Under the pieces are notes generated by a model. The model saw nothing but the letters and a program-made list of their open reading frames with translations, made no database searches and had not been told where the DNA came from. Both the position numbers and the translations under genes were made by a program. From assembly GCA_951406725.2 (NCBI GenBank), contig OX597839.1, positions 23,932,001 through 23,996,000 on the forward strand: DNA of 64,000 nt, in the 5' to 3' direction. Below are positions 51,690 through 63,929 of this stretch, one piece after another. Within the stretch, counting starts at the first letter, position 1. Each line of letters begins with the position of its first letter. The DNA is from Octopus vulgaris (lineage: Eukaryota).

Positions 51690-53642
51690 GCGACAACTCA
51701 CAGCAAAGGGTCGTACCAGAGTGCCTTGCTCAGCAACTTACCTGTGGCTCGTACAGAACCTCAACGCATCGAGGGAGTTGCTGAACCAGCCACTCATGAA
51801 TTAATTGTCATTGGAGTGCCGGAAGATGTGGTAGATCTGCAGGCATTCATTGGAAACACAGCTAGGGATCTCAGCTGTGTCCCTCCAAAAAGTGCTTCCC
51901 GCCTTGGCCGACCGGGATCCAAACCCAGGCTGATCAGGCTGTTGTTTACGGGTTTTACTGAGGCGCGGACATTCCATCTGGCTGCTGATAGAGCTCGCCG
52001 TGACAATGTAATCAACTTTAGAACACGTCCTGGCCTACCACCTGATGTACGCCCAAAGCTAAGATCTGTAGCTTCCCTAAATCGCAACTCTGTGCCACAG
52101 GAGAGTTTTAGCCTTCGCGATGATGGGCAAATCTGGAAATTTGTCAAGTCTGGTGAGTCGTGGATAAGGGATGCCAGTTGGACTGAGCAGACTGCACCCA
52201 CAACAACTGGCAATACAAAAGCCTTGGGGAACTAACCAAGAACAATCAGCCATCCCCTGTATATCAACATCTGAAATCCAGATATAAACTTTTGTCCTTG
52301 AATGCCCATAGTTTATGCAAAAAGGTGCATCTTTTTGACTCCTACGTCAAAAGTATCGACCCAGATTTCATCACAGTCATGGAAACATGGGCACACTCTG
52401 CACTCTGTGATGGAGTTTACAGCATAGCCGGCTACAACCTGTTCCGCAAAGACCGCATTAATCGCTGTGGAGGGGGTGTGATGATTTATGTTCCATCAAA
52501 TCTATCAGCAATCTCCTGTGATGATTTGAACCAATCTCAGCAGGAAGTATTTTTCTGCAATATACACATGACCATGTCAACACTTCTTCGCCCTATGAGA
52601 TGACATCTGGTGAACCACAGGGATCTGTTCTTGGCCCCCTTTTATTTGTTGCATATGTTAATGACATAGATGCCAACTTAAAGAATGCCACAGTGCTGAA
52701 ATATGCAGATGACATCAAGCTGTACCTTGAAATAAAGAGGTCAAATCCTATACACTATGGATCTCTATTGCAAGCAGACCTGGACACAATGCAGCAGTGG
52801 ATCATGGACTGGCAACTCAAGCTGGCTGTGGACAAATGTACCACTATGCATTTTGGGAGGAGAAACCCAGCGTCCACCTACTCCCTCCACAACACTAGTC
52901 TCAAAAAGTCTTCATGTGAACGTGACCTGGGTGTTATTGTCGACAGTGATTTGCATTGGACAAAACACATCGCTAAAATTGTTAAGAAGGCTGAGGGTGT
53001 CTTGGCATCACTCACCAAATCCTTTGTGAGCCGCTCTCCGACTATCTATCTGCAGCTTTATATAGCTATGGTAAGACCTCACCTGGAATTTGCATCACCG
53101 GTCTGGAACCCCTATCTTGCCCAGGATATCAATCGTCTGGAAGCCGTTCAGCAATGTGCAACCAAAAGAATACCCTCCATCAGGCATTTGCCATATTCTG
53201 AACGCCTTACTTCCCTGGGCATGGACACATTGAAACTCTGACGTCTGGCAGCTGACTTGGCAGACACCCATAAAATTATCAACCATCGTACAAACAATAA
53301 CTCTGAGCACCCATCTAACACCCGTGGACATATTTACAAAGTCAGAAAACAGCACAGCTCCCATGACTTTAGGAAACATTTTTTCATGCTGAGAGTTGCT
53401 GAAGCATGGAACAAACTGCTGGCATCAGTTGTTAGTTGTCGGAGCACTGCATCCTTCAAAACTTCCATGCTTCCTGAGATTCACCAACACTACACCTGAT
53501 TTTCTCCCCTCCATACACACACAAGCAGGTATCTGACTCATACATTGTTCGCTTTCCAGACATTTGTACATTACTGCATATGCTTTATATGCACTTTCTG
53601 ACAAGTTGTGGTGCACCTGAGCACTGTATACAATAATTTCAC
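51690..53642 (+). mobile_element. CR1-clade LINE, internally deleted (ORF1-like + endonuclease start fused to RT 3' half)
   Basis: SLNAHSL..ETW..RKDR..GGGV endonuclease start; PQGSVLGPLLF, YADD, RPHLEFASPVWNP, TRGHIYK..RKHFF.LRV..WNKL; in-frame stop at 53241. Confidence 0.9.
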
Positions 53643-53728
53643 TATATATTATATTATAAATCAACCTAGAACAGTAAAGAAACTTGCTGCCATTTGTCTC
53701 CATTGTCAATATATGTTGTTTTCCACAG

Positions 53729-53802
53729 ATGTCACCTGGGTTATCCATATTCATACCTGTGACTCTGCCATGTTAAGACTGGAAGAAAAACAGATTCTAA
53801 AC
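53729..53802 (+). CDS. MAD2L2: MAD2L2 exon 5
   Basis: ttccacag/GTACGT, 74 nt, DVTWVIHIHTCDSAMLRLEEKQILN; size and phase fit REV7. Confidence 0.9.
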
Positions 53803-54738
53803 GTACGTATTACTCTTTACTCTTTTACTTGTTTCAGTCATTTGACTGCGGCCATGCTGGAGCACCGCCTTTAATCGAGCAACTCGACCCCGGGACTTAT
53901 TCTTTTGTAAGCCCAGTACTTATTCTATCGGTCTCTTTTGCCGAACCGCTAAGTGACGGGGACATAAACACACCAGCATTGGTTGTCAAGCAATGCTAGG
54001 GGGACAAACACAGACACACAAACACACACACGTATATATATATATATATATATATATAGATATACACATATATACGACGGGCTTCTTTCAGTTTCCGTCT
54101 ACCAAATCCACTCACAAGGCTTTGGTCAGCCCGAGGCTTTAGTAGAAGACACTTGTCCAAAGTGCCACGCAGTGGGACTGAACCTGGAACCATGTGGTTG
54201 GTAAGCAAGCTACTTACCACACAGCCACTCCTGCGCCTTTTTTATTTATTTTATTTATTTCATCATCATCATCATTGTTTCCTGTCTGTTTTCCGTGCTG
54301 GCATGTGTTGGATGGTTTGCAAAGAGCTGGTAAGGCCGACTGCTGTATCAGATTCTACTGTTTGTTTTGGGGTGGCTTCTACAGCTAGATGCCCTGAGAT
54401 TACAGACTTGCTGGGGCACCACCTTGAAGGGTTTTGTCAAACAAACTGACACCAGAATGTTCTTTTAAGCCAGGTACTTATTCTCTCAGTCACGTTTTGT
54501 CAAACCATTAAGTACAGGGATGTTAACAAACTAACACCGGTTGTCAAGCAGTGGTGAGACACTAACACAGACTGACAGACACACACATGAATATCTACAA
54601 AATCAATAGATGCCACAAAAGTGAGGGAAGGTGCTGGCCAGCGCTGCTTATGCTAAAAATAAGAATTAAATTAACCCTAGGACCACCGAAGCCCTATACT
54701 TAATGACTGACGAAGGGAGGTAACTCCCTTGCGTGTAT

Positions 54739-54794
54739 AGCCATATCGCAATTTCGAATTTTGGTGAAGACCATCTTAATTCTCATCAGTGACT
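54739..54794 (-). ncRNA. Minimal type-I hammerhead ribozyme motif (Penelope-type)
   Basis: AGTCA-CTGATGA-GAATT[17 nt]AATTC-GAAA-T-TGCG-A-TA-TGGCT: intact core, 5-bp helix I (one G-U), 5-bp helix II, 2-bp helix III, AUA cleavage triplet. Confidence 0.8.
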
Positions 54795-54966
54795 CTTAAC
54801 GCCTAGGGTGAAACTTAACTTCCCTTATCAATCTTAAAAGAAGAACCACTGAATGACAAGGAGCACCGCCTTTAATCTATCGGTCTCTTATTCCGAACCG
54901 CTAAGTAACGAGGACATAAACACACCAGCATCGGTTGTCAAGCAATGCTAGGGGGACAAACACAGG

Positions 54967-55023
<57 letters not shown>

Positions 55024-56292
55024 AGGTTTGGAGATGATATACAGGTATTATATATTAGAAGAAATGAGGTAATCATATCATTCAGATTATTAGCGCTTTC
55101 TCCCATTCCAGTGGGGTTTTCAAATCAAATTGATTTGAAAACCCCACTAGAATGGGAGAAAGCGCTAATAATCTGAATGATATATATATGTAAAAAATGT
55201 AATATATTAATAAATATCTATAAATATGAACCATCCGATCTTCTGATTACCTCATTTCTTCTAATATATATATATATATGTATACGATGGGCTTCTTCCA
55301 GTTTCCATCTACCAAATCCACTCGCAAGGCTTTGGTCGGCCCTAGGCTAATGTAGAAGACACTTGCCCAAATCCACTCGCTTCTTTGATGAGAATTAAGA
55401 TGATCTTCACCAAAATTCAAAATCGCGATATGGCTATACACGCAAGGGAGTTACCGCCCTTTGTTAGTCATTAGTGCTTCAGTGGACTTGGGGTTAATCT
55501 AACTCTTATTTTAACATAAGCACTGCTGGCCAGCAACTTCCATCACTTTTGTGACCTCTATTAATTTTGCCTTGAGGTTCATCATCATCATCATCGTTTG
55601 ATGTCCATTTTCCATGCTGGCACGAGTTGGACGGTTTGACTATTCTAATTACAAATAAGCCACTCTTTTAAATTGTTGTTCATAAATATATACATATATT
55701 CGCACACAAATATATGATGGGCTTCTTTCAGTTTCCGTCACCCAAATCCACTCACAAGGCTATAGCAGAAGACACTTACCCAAGGTGCCATACAGTGGGG
55801 CTGAACCTGGAACCATGTGGTTGGGAAGCAAGCTTCTTACCACACAGCTGCACCTGTGGCCATCATCATCATCGTTTAACGTCCGTTCTCCATGCTAGCA
55901 TGGGTTGGACGGTTCGACTGGGGATCTGGGAAGCCAGAAGGCTGCACCAGGCTCCAGTCTTATCTGGCACTGTTTCTACAGCTGGATGCCCTGCCTAACG
56001 CCAACCACTCCGTGAGTGTAGTGGATGCTTTTTATGTGCCACCTGCACAGATGCCAGGCGAGGCTGGCAACGGCCACGGTCGGATTGGTGTATTCTACGT
56101 GCCACCGGCACGGAAGCCAGTCGAGGCGGCGCTGGCATCGGCCACGAGTCGGATAGTGCTTTTTACGTACCACCAGACCAGGGATCCTGGCCGGTTCAAT
56201 TCGATTTCGATTTGTCCAAAGTAAAGCATAGATCCAAACTCTGTCTCTTTGTGATTTAAAGCTGGTGTCAAAAAGCATTTTGTCTTTTGTAG

Positions 56293-56385
56293 AATTTTCC
56301 TTGGATTGAAGCTGAAGAAAAACAGAAAAACATGTCCAATTCGTCGCTGGTGCCAATGAAGACTGTGAATTCAGATATTGTGAAG
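56293..56385 (+). CDS. MAD2L2: MAD2L2 exon 6
   Basis: ttttgtag/GTAAAG, 93 nt, NFPWIEAEEKQKNMSNSSLVPMKTVNSDIVK (REV7 FPW and PLKT motifs). Confidence 0.95.
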
Positions 56386-58096
56386 GTAAAGAGTTAATTT
56401 TGATTATTTTTTCTTATACCTGCAGTTATCATCATGATCTTCATCGTTGTTTTAACCCTTTAGCTACCAACCTGCCTGAAAGCATTTATACTCTCTTTAC
56501 TCTTTTACTTGTTTCAGTCATTTGACTGCGGCCATGCTGGAGCACCGCCTTTAATCGAGCAACTCAACCCCGGGACTTATTCATTGTAAGCCCAGTACTT
56601 ATTCTATCGGTCTCTTTTGCCGAACCGCTAAGTGACGGGGACATAAACACACCAGCATCGGTTGTCAAGCAATGTTGGGGGGACAAACACACACATGCAT
56701 ATATATATATACATATATACGACAGGCTTCTTTCAGTTTCCATCTACCAAATCCATTCACAAGGCTTTGGTCGGCCTGAGACTATAGTAAATGACACTTG
56801 CCCAAGGTGCCACGCAGTGGGACTGAACCCAGAACCATGTGGTTGGTAAACAAGCTACTTACTACACACTCCTGCGCCACTCCTTATGATACAAATTTCC
56901 CATTTTAAAGTAATCTAAATTAAAATTTCATGTTAATTTATGTTCCAAGCCTCAGCTGAATAGTGTCAGAAATATTTTAACATTTTTAAAAAAATTATTT
57001 TCTAAATTAGTTGATAAAAAGTCAGTGTATTTCCCCAGAAATATGGTAATGAAAGGGCTAATGTCTCCTTTTCCATGATTGCATGAGGCTAACAGAATTC
57101 ATTGAGGCAGATTTTTTTATGTCTAACCATGGGGTGGGGGGGAATATTACCTAGCTTCACAATAGGTGAGGTGTAATGACAGGAAGGACATCCAGCTATA
57201 GAAAATGTACTTCAATAAACTCTGACCCGTTACCGTTATATTTGTGAAGCTCGAGGGACCCACAAAGCCAGGCTGAGAACTGCCGCTTTATGTAGTCAGC
57301 AAACCTACAAGAAATAGCAGCCGAATCTCCCTTAACACGTTTGTATTTAGATTACTCTGTCCAATGTAATGCTCTTTTATTCCCATTGATTTGTATTAAT
57401 CATTGATTATCTCACAAGAGATGAGGAGAGACCAACTTGGAAGGCCTCCACAATGATGGGAAGAGGATTTAATCAAAGAATGATGCAATCAAGACAGAAA
57501 TGGAAGTACATTGTGACCAGCGGTGTATAACCGCATCTGATGGTCTGATTGATACTGTGATTAGGTGTGCTTAGTCAGGGCTGACCATGGCTTATTCAAT
57601 ATCAGCATCATTTTACATGTTAAAAGAGAGAAAACGAAATGAAAAACCAACACAAATTAACTCTCTTTACTCTCTTTTACTTGTTTCAGTCATTTGACTG
57701 CGGCCATGCTGGAGCACCGCTTTTAGTCGAGCAAATCGACCCTGGGGACTTATTCTTTGTAAGCCCAGTACTTATTCTATCGGTCTCTTTTGCTGAACCG
57801 CTAAGTGACGGGGACGTAAACACACCAGTATCGGTTGTCAAGCAATACTAGGGGCACAAACACAGACACACAAACACACACATGCTTATATATATATATA
57901 TATACGACAGGCTTCTTTCAGTTTCCGTCTACCAAATCCACTCACAAGGCATTGGTCGGCCCGTGGCTATAGCAGAAGACACTTGCCCAAGATGCCACGC
58001 AGTGGGACTGAACCCGGAACCATGTGGTTGGTTAGCAAGCTACTTACCACACAGCCACTCCTGCGCCTCTTATTATGTTTTTTGGATTCATTTCAG

Positions 58097-58147
58097 ATGC
58101 AATTATTTGTTGAGGAGAGTTCTTTGAAACGGAAGCTGGACACTTGA
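58097..58147 (+). CDS. MAD2L2: MAD2L2 terminal exon 7
   Basis: tttcag acceptor, MQLFVEESSLKRKLDT* (human MQLYVEE). The joined CDS is 651 nt, 216 aa. Confidence 0.94.
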   Translation: MQLFVEESSLKRKLDT

Positions 58148-59329
58148 TGAATAAATACCAAGAGAATTGTATTTTCTCTTCAAACAGAAGAAAGACCATT
58201 TGCCGATGTGTGTGTGTGTGTGTGTGCGTGTTGTTGTTGTTGTTGGGATAGCGTCTTTGTACAAAAGCTTTGTCATTGGATAACACATGCTTGTTGTTGT
58301 TGTTGCTGTTGTTAAAGTGTGATTTCAAAAAAAAAAAAATAAAAGAGAGAGAAACAAAAGAAGCCCCCTCCCCTCCAAACTGACCATTTATCACAGTAAT
58401 CAGTGAAATCATTTTAGTCTGGGACTAAATCACTTCGAAGCCGTCTTCTGTGAGAGAACAAACTAGAAACCTCATTAATTATGCCATGTTGATCAGACGT
58501 GTTACCAAAGTAAGTGTCTGTATATATTCGTGTACCTAAATAACATAAATGTACTTTGATTTTATCCATGTCATGTTTGCAGTTAATTAATAACATTCAG
58601 CTGTTGATTGCTCGTTATTTAATGGTAAGCCTCTATTGTCTATTCAATTGATTGTATGCATTAATTATCATTATTAGGTGCCAAACTGGCTCAGTCGTTA
58701 AACACAGTTCGGGTTGTCACCCCACCCCCTCTCTGTATCACTATGTGTCTTTCTCCCTCTCCTTCGATTACTTTAGTTCAGCCACGACCTACTTCCTACT
58801 TCCCCACACACCACCCTATATAAACTAAAGCTTGCCACAGCCCCTCTTTACAACACCTAGATTCCTTGGCTGTGAAATATGTATCCCGGAAGATGAAAGA
58901 TTCGAGATAAGCAATTTAAATTCAACTTGTGGTTAATCTACATTTCATGGTATTTCTGTCAGTATTTTTCATCTTAAACCCTTATTTCTATCATGTCTTA
59001 ACTTTATATTTTCGTTCTTACTTGTTGACGGCTGAGATAACCCATCCATCTATCTTATTTCTTTATTGCCCACAAGAGGCTAAACATAGATGGGATAAAC
59101 AAGGACATTAAGTCAATTACATCGAACCTAGTGCATAACTGGTACTTAATTTATCGACCCCGTAAAGATGAAAGGCAAAGTCGACCACGGCGGAATTTGA
59201 ACTCAGAACGTAACAGCAGACGAAATACCGCTAAGCATTTCACCCGGCATGCTAACGTTTCTGCCAGCTCTATCTATCTACCTATCGGCATTCGCCCTGT
59301 CTATCTCTCTCTTACAACTCCTAGCACAT

Positions 59330-59672
59330 GTCTGCTCATTCGCAGGTTACCCGCCCTCCCACCCCCTCCACCAATACCGGAAGTCCATCTTTCGTCAACT
59401 TTGGTTGCCTCCCATGAACACTTCTAAACTCCTTATGCCAACCCCACCATATAAGGTAGTGATCATACAGCGCAAAATATGATAGTGTAGGTTGAACTTA
59501 AGACTATCGTTGTTATGAATTCTGCCAAACGCGAGCTCTCTTTTCAGGTACATGACGCCGCTGCCTGCCTACCCAGGGTCTCTAGGGCCTAGAGACCCTG
59601 GGAAGGCGGGCAGGGTTAGCACTCTCAACGTCGGCACACTGAAAGGTAGGTCGTTAAACGATGATGATGATG
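59330..59672 (+). mobile_element. Internally deleted RTE derivative (5' end joined to 3' terminus)
   Basis: ATGAATTCTGCCAAACGCGAG...CTCAACGTCGGCACACTGAAAGG matches 46599-46706 and is followed directly by GTTAAACGATGATGATG, the family tail. Confidence 0.75.
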
Positions 59673-60087
59673 ACTTGAAGTAAAGGAGTTTTAATAATTA
59701 ATTTTTTTTTCATTTTAATCTATTTTCAATCATCTGTAAAAATTTAAAAGTAATATTCAGAACTTTAAGTACTCTGGGACTTAATGGGTTAAGGTGGTAA
59801 ACGCATTTGGGCTTGATGTATAGACTGTAGAGACAAGTAAATTTATAAAAGGGGTATCCAGCAAGAGAGAGAGAGAGAAGGAAAAACCAAAACACTGACG
59901 TATAAGCATAAAGAGGTTTATATATTTACAGAACAAATTTACAAGGAGTACAAAAATACAGAAAGCTAACAGGGGAGGGCCATGGTATTTCTGATCCTAA
60001 AACCAGTTTCTGGAGGCTCAGAATTACATGATAGTTGCCATGGATATGTATAAACAATTCAAGGATATTTTTATGTAAATAATATTA

Positions 60088-60318
60088 CTAAATTATGGTA
60101 CACACAGAGTTTTGTGTAGGTGAGTCTATAATCGAAGCTGTTTTTGTCTTGTTTTCCTGTATATTGGAAAGAACACTGTTTTGATGTAGTTTCTCCCATT
60201 CTGGTAGCGGTTTGGCCCAATCTGCTGGGGGACTGCTTCGATACTCCCAAACATCATTCATCTGAGCTTTTCTAATTCGGTCTTCATGGCGGGCTTTTTC
60301 ATTTTCAAGCAGTTTCTC
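60088..60318 (-). CDS. C22orf39: C22orf39/UPF0545 (PANTS-like) homologue, terminal exon
   Basis: ttttacag acceptor; EKLLENEKARHEDRIRKAQMNDVWEYRSSPPADWAKPLPEW...SVCTII* contains the family motif VW..R.SPP.DW..PLP. Not in the ORF track. Confidence 0.88.
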   Translation of the reverse strand, partial: EKLLENEKARHEDRIRKAQMNDVWEYRSSPPADWAKPLPEWEKLHQNSVLSNIQENKTKTASIIDSPTQNSVCTII

Positions 60319-60479
60319 CTGTAAAATTCAAACAAAACAAGTCATTGCATTATAGGCCAACTAAAAACATACTGTAGACTTGTGACTCCCATGCTCCACC
60401 AGAGGGGCATGGTAATATATTGGAGAGGCATGTGTAGGGTTATGTTGTACCTTTTGTACACAATATTTAGTATACCAAG

Positions 60480-60717
60480 AAGACAAAGGGGGCAATTCAA
60501 GTTTAAAAAAAAAAAAAAAAAAGATTCTTTACACCCCTCCCATGAAAATTTTTTTCAATTTTGACACTTTAGAGACATCAGATCCTTGGTCTCTTTTAGA
60601 GAGACCAGCAACGATCTGATGTCTCTAAAGTGTCAAAATTGAAAAAAAATTTTCATGGGAGGGATGTAAAGAATTTTTTTTTTTTTTTTTTTTAAACTTG
60701 AATTGCCCCCTTTGTCT
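60480..60717. repeat. About 240-bp near-perfect palindrome (fold-back/MITE-like)
   Basis: AAGACAAAGGGGGCAATTCAAGTTT...CATCAGATC is mirrored around about 60597. Confidence 0.92.
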
Positions 60718-60777
60718 TATCGGTACACAAGGTATAATGGATAATTACAAACACATGTGTACTTCCAGGTAATATTC

Positions 60778-61570
60778 ATCATCATCATCTAGCGTCCGCT
60801 TTCCATGCTAGCATGGGTTGGACGGGTCAACTGGGGTCTGTGAAGCTGGAAGGCTTCGTCAGATCTGGCAGTGTTTCTACGGCTGGATGCCCTTCCTAAC
60901 GCCAACCACTCCGCGAGTGTAGTGGGTGTTTTTTACATGCCACCCGCACAGGTGCCAGACAGAGCTGGCAAACGGCCGGTGCTTTTACGTGTCACCGGCA
61001 CGGGGGCCAGCCGAGGCTGGCAACGGACGCGAACGGATGGTGCTTTTACGTGCCACCGACACGGTTCCCACACAGAGCTGGCAAACAGCCACGAACGGAC
61101 GGTGCTTTTACGTGTCACCGGCATGGGGGCCAGCCAAGGCTGGCAATGGACACGAACGGATGGTGCTTTTACGTGCCACCGACACGGGGCCAGACAGAGC
61201 TGGCAAACGGCCACGAACGGACGGTGCTTTTACGTGTCACCGGCACGGGGGCCAGCCGAGGCTGGCAACGGACACGAACGGATGGTGCATTTACGTGCCA
61301 CCGACACGGGGCCAGACAGAGCTGGCAAACGGCCACGAACGGACGGTGCTTTTACATGTCACCGGCACGGGGCCAGGCAGAGCTGGCAAACGGCAACGAG
61401 CGAATGGTGCATTTACGTATCACCGGCACGGGTGCCAGACAAGGCTGACAGCGGACACGAACGGATGGGTCACTTAACCCCTGCTTTCTGATATATGATT
61501 TGATTGTTCTCACTGGTCTTGCCGGGTCTTCTCACGCACAGCATACTTCCATAGGTCTCGGTCTCTGGTC
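60778..61570 (-). repeat. RTE 3' end with the same minisatellite (about 9 units)
   Basis: Reverse complement of the 49.6-50.3 kb region. Confidence 0.92.
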
Positions 61571-61572
61571 AT

Positions 61573-62275
61573 AATAGTGATTATACGTGCAGAGGGTAGT
61601 AGGAAGCGAGGTTGAAAGAAGAAATCTTAACTTATAGCCGTTCATGAGCTGTGCATTCGTAGTGGAGTTGAAAGCGAGTGGGCTTAGCGATTTGCGATCG
61701 CTAGTTTATATATGGCGATGGTGGTTATCGAAGACGGGGGCATATGGAAAACATAGGGAGAGGGACAGGGTTAGTTGGGGAGGAGGGGGGGGGATGGTCA
61801 AGGAACACATGTGTGGAAGCTGTGCGATGGGTTCTGACTGGCATAGTGGAACAAGACGAAAGTGTCGATAATATTTATTATTTGATAATTAAGATAGTCT
61901 TGGAGAGAAAAAGGTAAAATCTAAAATCTGAGTTCGTCAGGAAGTCTTAACTGGACCCCAAACTAGCAAGAGGATTTTGTTAATCGTGATAGCAAGAAAG
62001 TAGGTTTGAAAGTATCAGAGAAGTCAATTTTTAGGGGAGACGATGAGTGGCTATGAAACGGGAGCAAATAGGGAGACGAGACAAGGCTAAACGAAAAACA
62101 TTACATGAATGGTATGTTGAAAACTGAAAGAAAATATGAATAGAGGGTACTGAAAGGAAAATATGAGAGAGAAATTGAAGGAAACTGAAAGAATAGTGAT
62201 TATACGTGCAGAGGGTAGTAGGAAGCGAGGTTGAAAGAAGAAATCTTAACTTTTAGCCGTTCATGAGCTGTGCAT
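61573..62275. repeat. About 84-bp direct repeats bracketing about 535 bp of unique sequence
   Basis: AATAGTGATTATACGTGCAGAGGG...CATGAGCTGTGCAT at 61573 and 62192, with one mismatch seen. Confidence 0.85.
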
Positions 62276-62559
62276 GTAAACATTAACCAAATTTTAATGA
62301 TTCGGTGGGGCATGGTCAAAAGTCGGTTGGGGACCACTGCTGTAGACTATACAACACAATTATACACTAGTCAAAATAAGGGCCATCATCATCGTTTCTA
62401 GCACAGGTTGGATGGTTCAACAAGAACAGTCGAGCAAGAGGGCTCTGTCAGGTTCTAGGTCTTTTTTGTGGCATGGTTTCTACAGCTTCATGCTTTTCAT
62501 ACAGCACCAGTGAGGTCACCAAGTATTTGCAAGATTCTCCCCGACCCACTGAGCAAGGA

Positions 62560-63175
62560 TATAGAGTGGAAGAGAAACTACAGCAGAGAGAGAGTATTTC
62601 TTTATTCACCATAAGGTTGAGAAAAAGAGGGGACAAAACAAACGTTGGGGTCAGGGTATCGAATGAGACGAAACGTATGAATAAACAAACAATTAAAATA
62701 TATACAATTAAATGATAATGAGTGATTAACAAAAAAATGAAGCGGAGGACGTGGTTGACCCCACAAACCACAGACTCACACTGAAGACTTTGCTTTCTCC
62801 TTTTTCACATTCTTGATTAAACAGGTTCTTTCACTCGCAACATACTTTGCGACAGGCATTTCTTCTCCAGCCTTATTTTCCGTTTCATGTGGAAAACGAA
62901 AAAGTCGATTAGCTCGAGACTGGAGATAAACATGCCTGTTGCAATTCCTTTTACTCTCGTCTTCCACACTACTTCTTTCGCCATAGCAACTACCGAGAGA
63001 AAACAGGCTCGCTCCTCCCTATTCAGGGAGGTCAGCGGAACTATCTTCATTACAGATTCGCTCGACAGTTGTACTCTTCTCGAATGCGACAGCAGGTGTT
63101 CGACATAAACCTGAGTACAGTCACCTTGGGGCATTGCACAATCGCGTGCAGGAGTACAGCAGAGAGAGAGGAACA
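62560..63175 (-). mobile_element. L1/Tx1-like LINE 3' fragment
   Basis: VLHAIVQCP-like zinc-knuckle end, then AMAKEVVWKTR (W..R motif of L1/Tx1 ORF2 C-termini) and a T-rich 3' UTR. Confidence 0.6.
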
Positions 63176-63929
63176 GGTGTCTTATCATCATCATTTAATG
63201 ACTGTTTTCCATGCTAGCATGGGTTGTATGGTTTCACAGGAGCTAAGCAAGCTAGAGGGCCTAGTTTCTACAGCTGAATGCCATTCCTAACACCAACCCA
63301 CTTTACAGAGTGTGTTGGGTGCTTTTTATGGGGTCCCAATAAGGTCACCAAGTCCCCATGAGGTAAGACTCCTCAACTGGAGAAACGAGAAACTATGATA
63401 GATGAGGGGAAGCAGGCTTCTAATCATCACATCATTTAAGGACTGTTTCTCCTGCTGGTATGGGTTGTATGGTTTGATTGGAGTTGGCAAGGCCTAGGAG
63501 CTGCTCTGTATTTCTTTGTCTGCTTTGGCAAGGTTTCTACAGCTGGCTGCCCTTCCTAATGCCATCCACTTTACAGAGTGCAACTGGGTGCTTTTTATGT
63601 GACACTAGCACCAGTGAGGCTGCTGAGCACTTGCAAGAAAAGACCCCCCCTCAACTGAGCGGGGTATGGACGGGAGGAACAAAAAAAAAAAACTGTGATA
63701 GAGCAGGTATCAACACCCATTTTCCATGCTGGCATGTGTTGGATGGTTGGGCAGGAGCTGCACCAGGCTCCAGTGGTTTGCTTTGGCATGGATTCTACAG
63801 CTGGATGCCCTCCCTAATGCCAACCACTTAAAAACAATACTTCAGCAATATGTACTCATCTAATCCATGCTAGCAGACAAAAAGCAGGCGTAAAACTTGA
63901 ATGGATGTGGGAGAAATTGTAATACGTAC

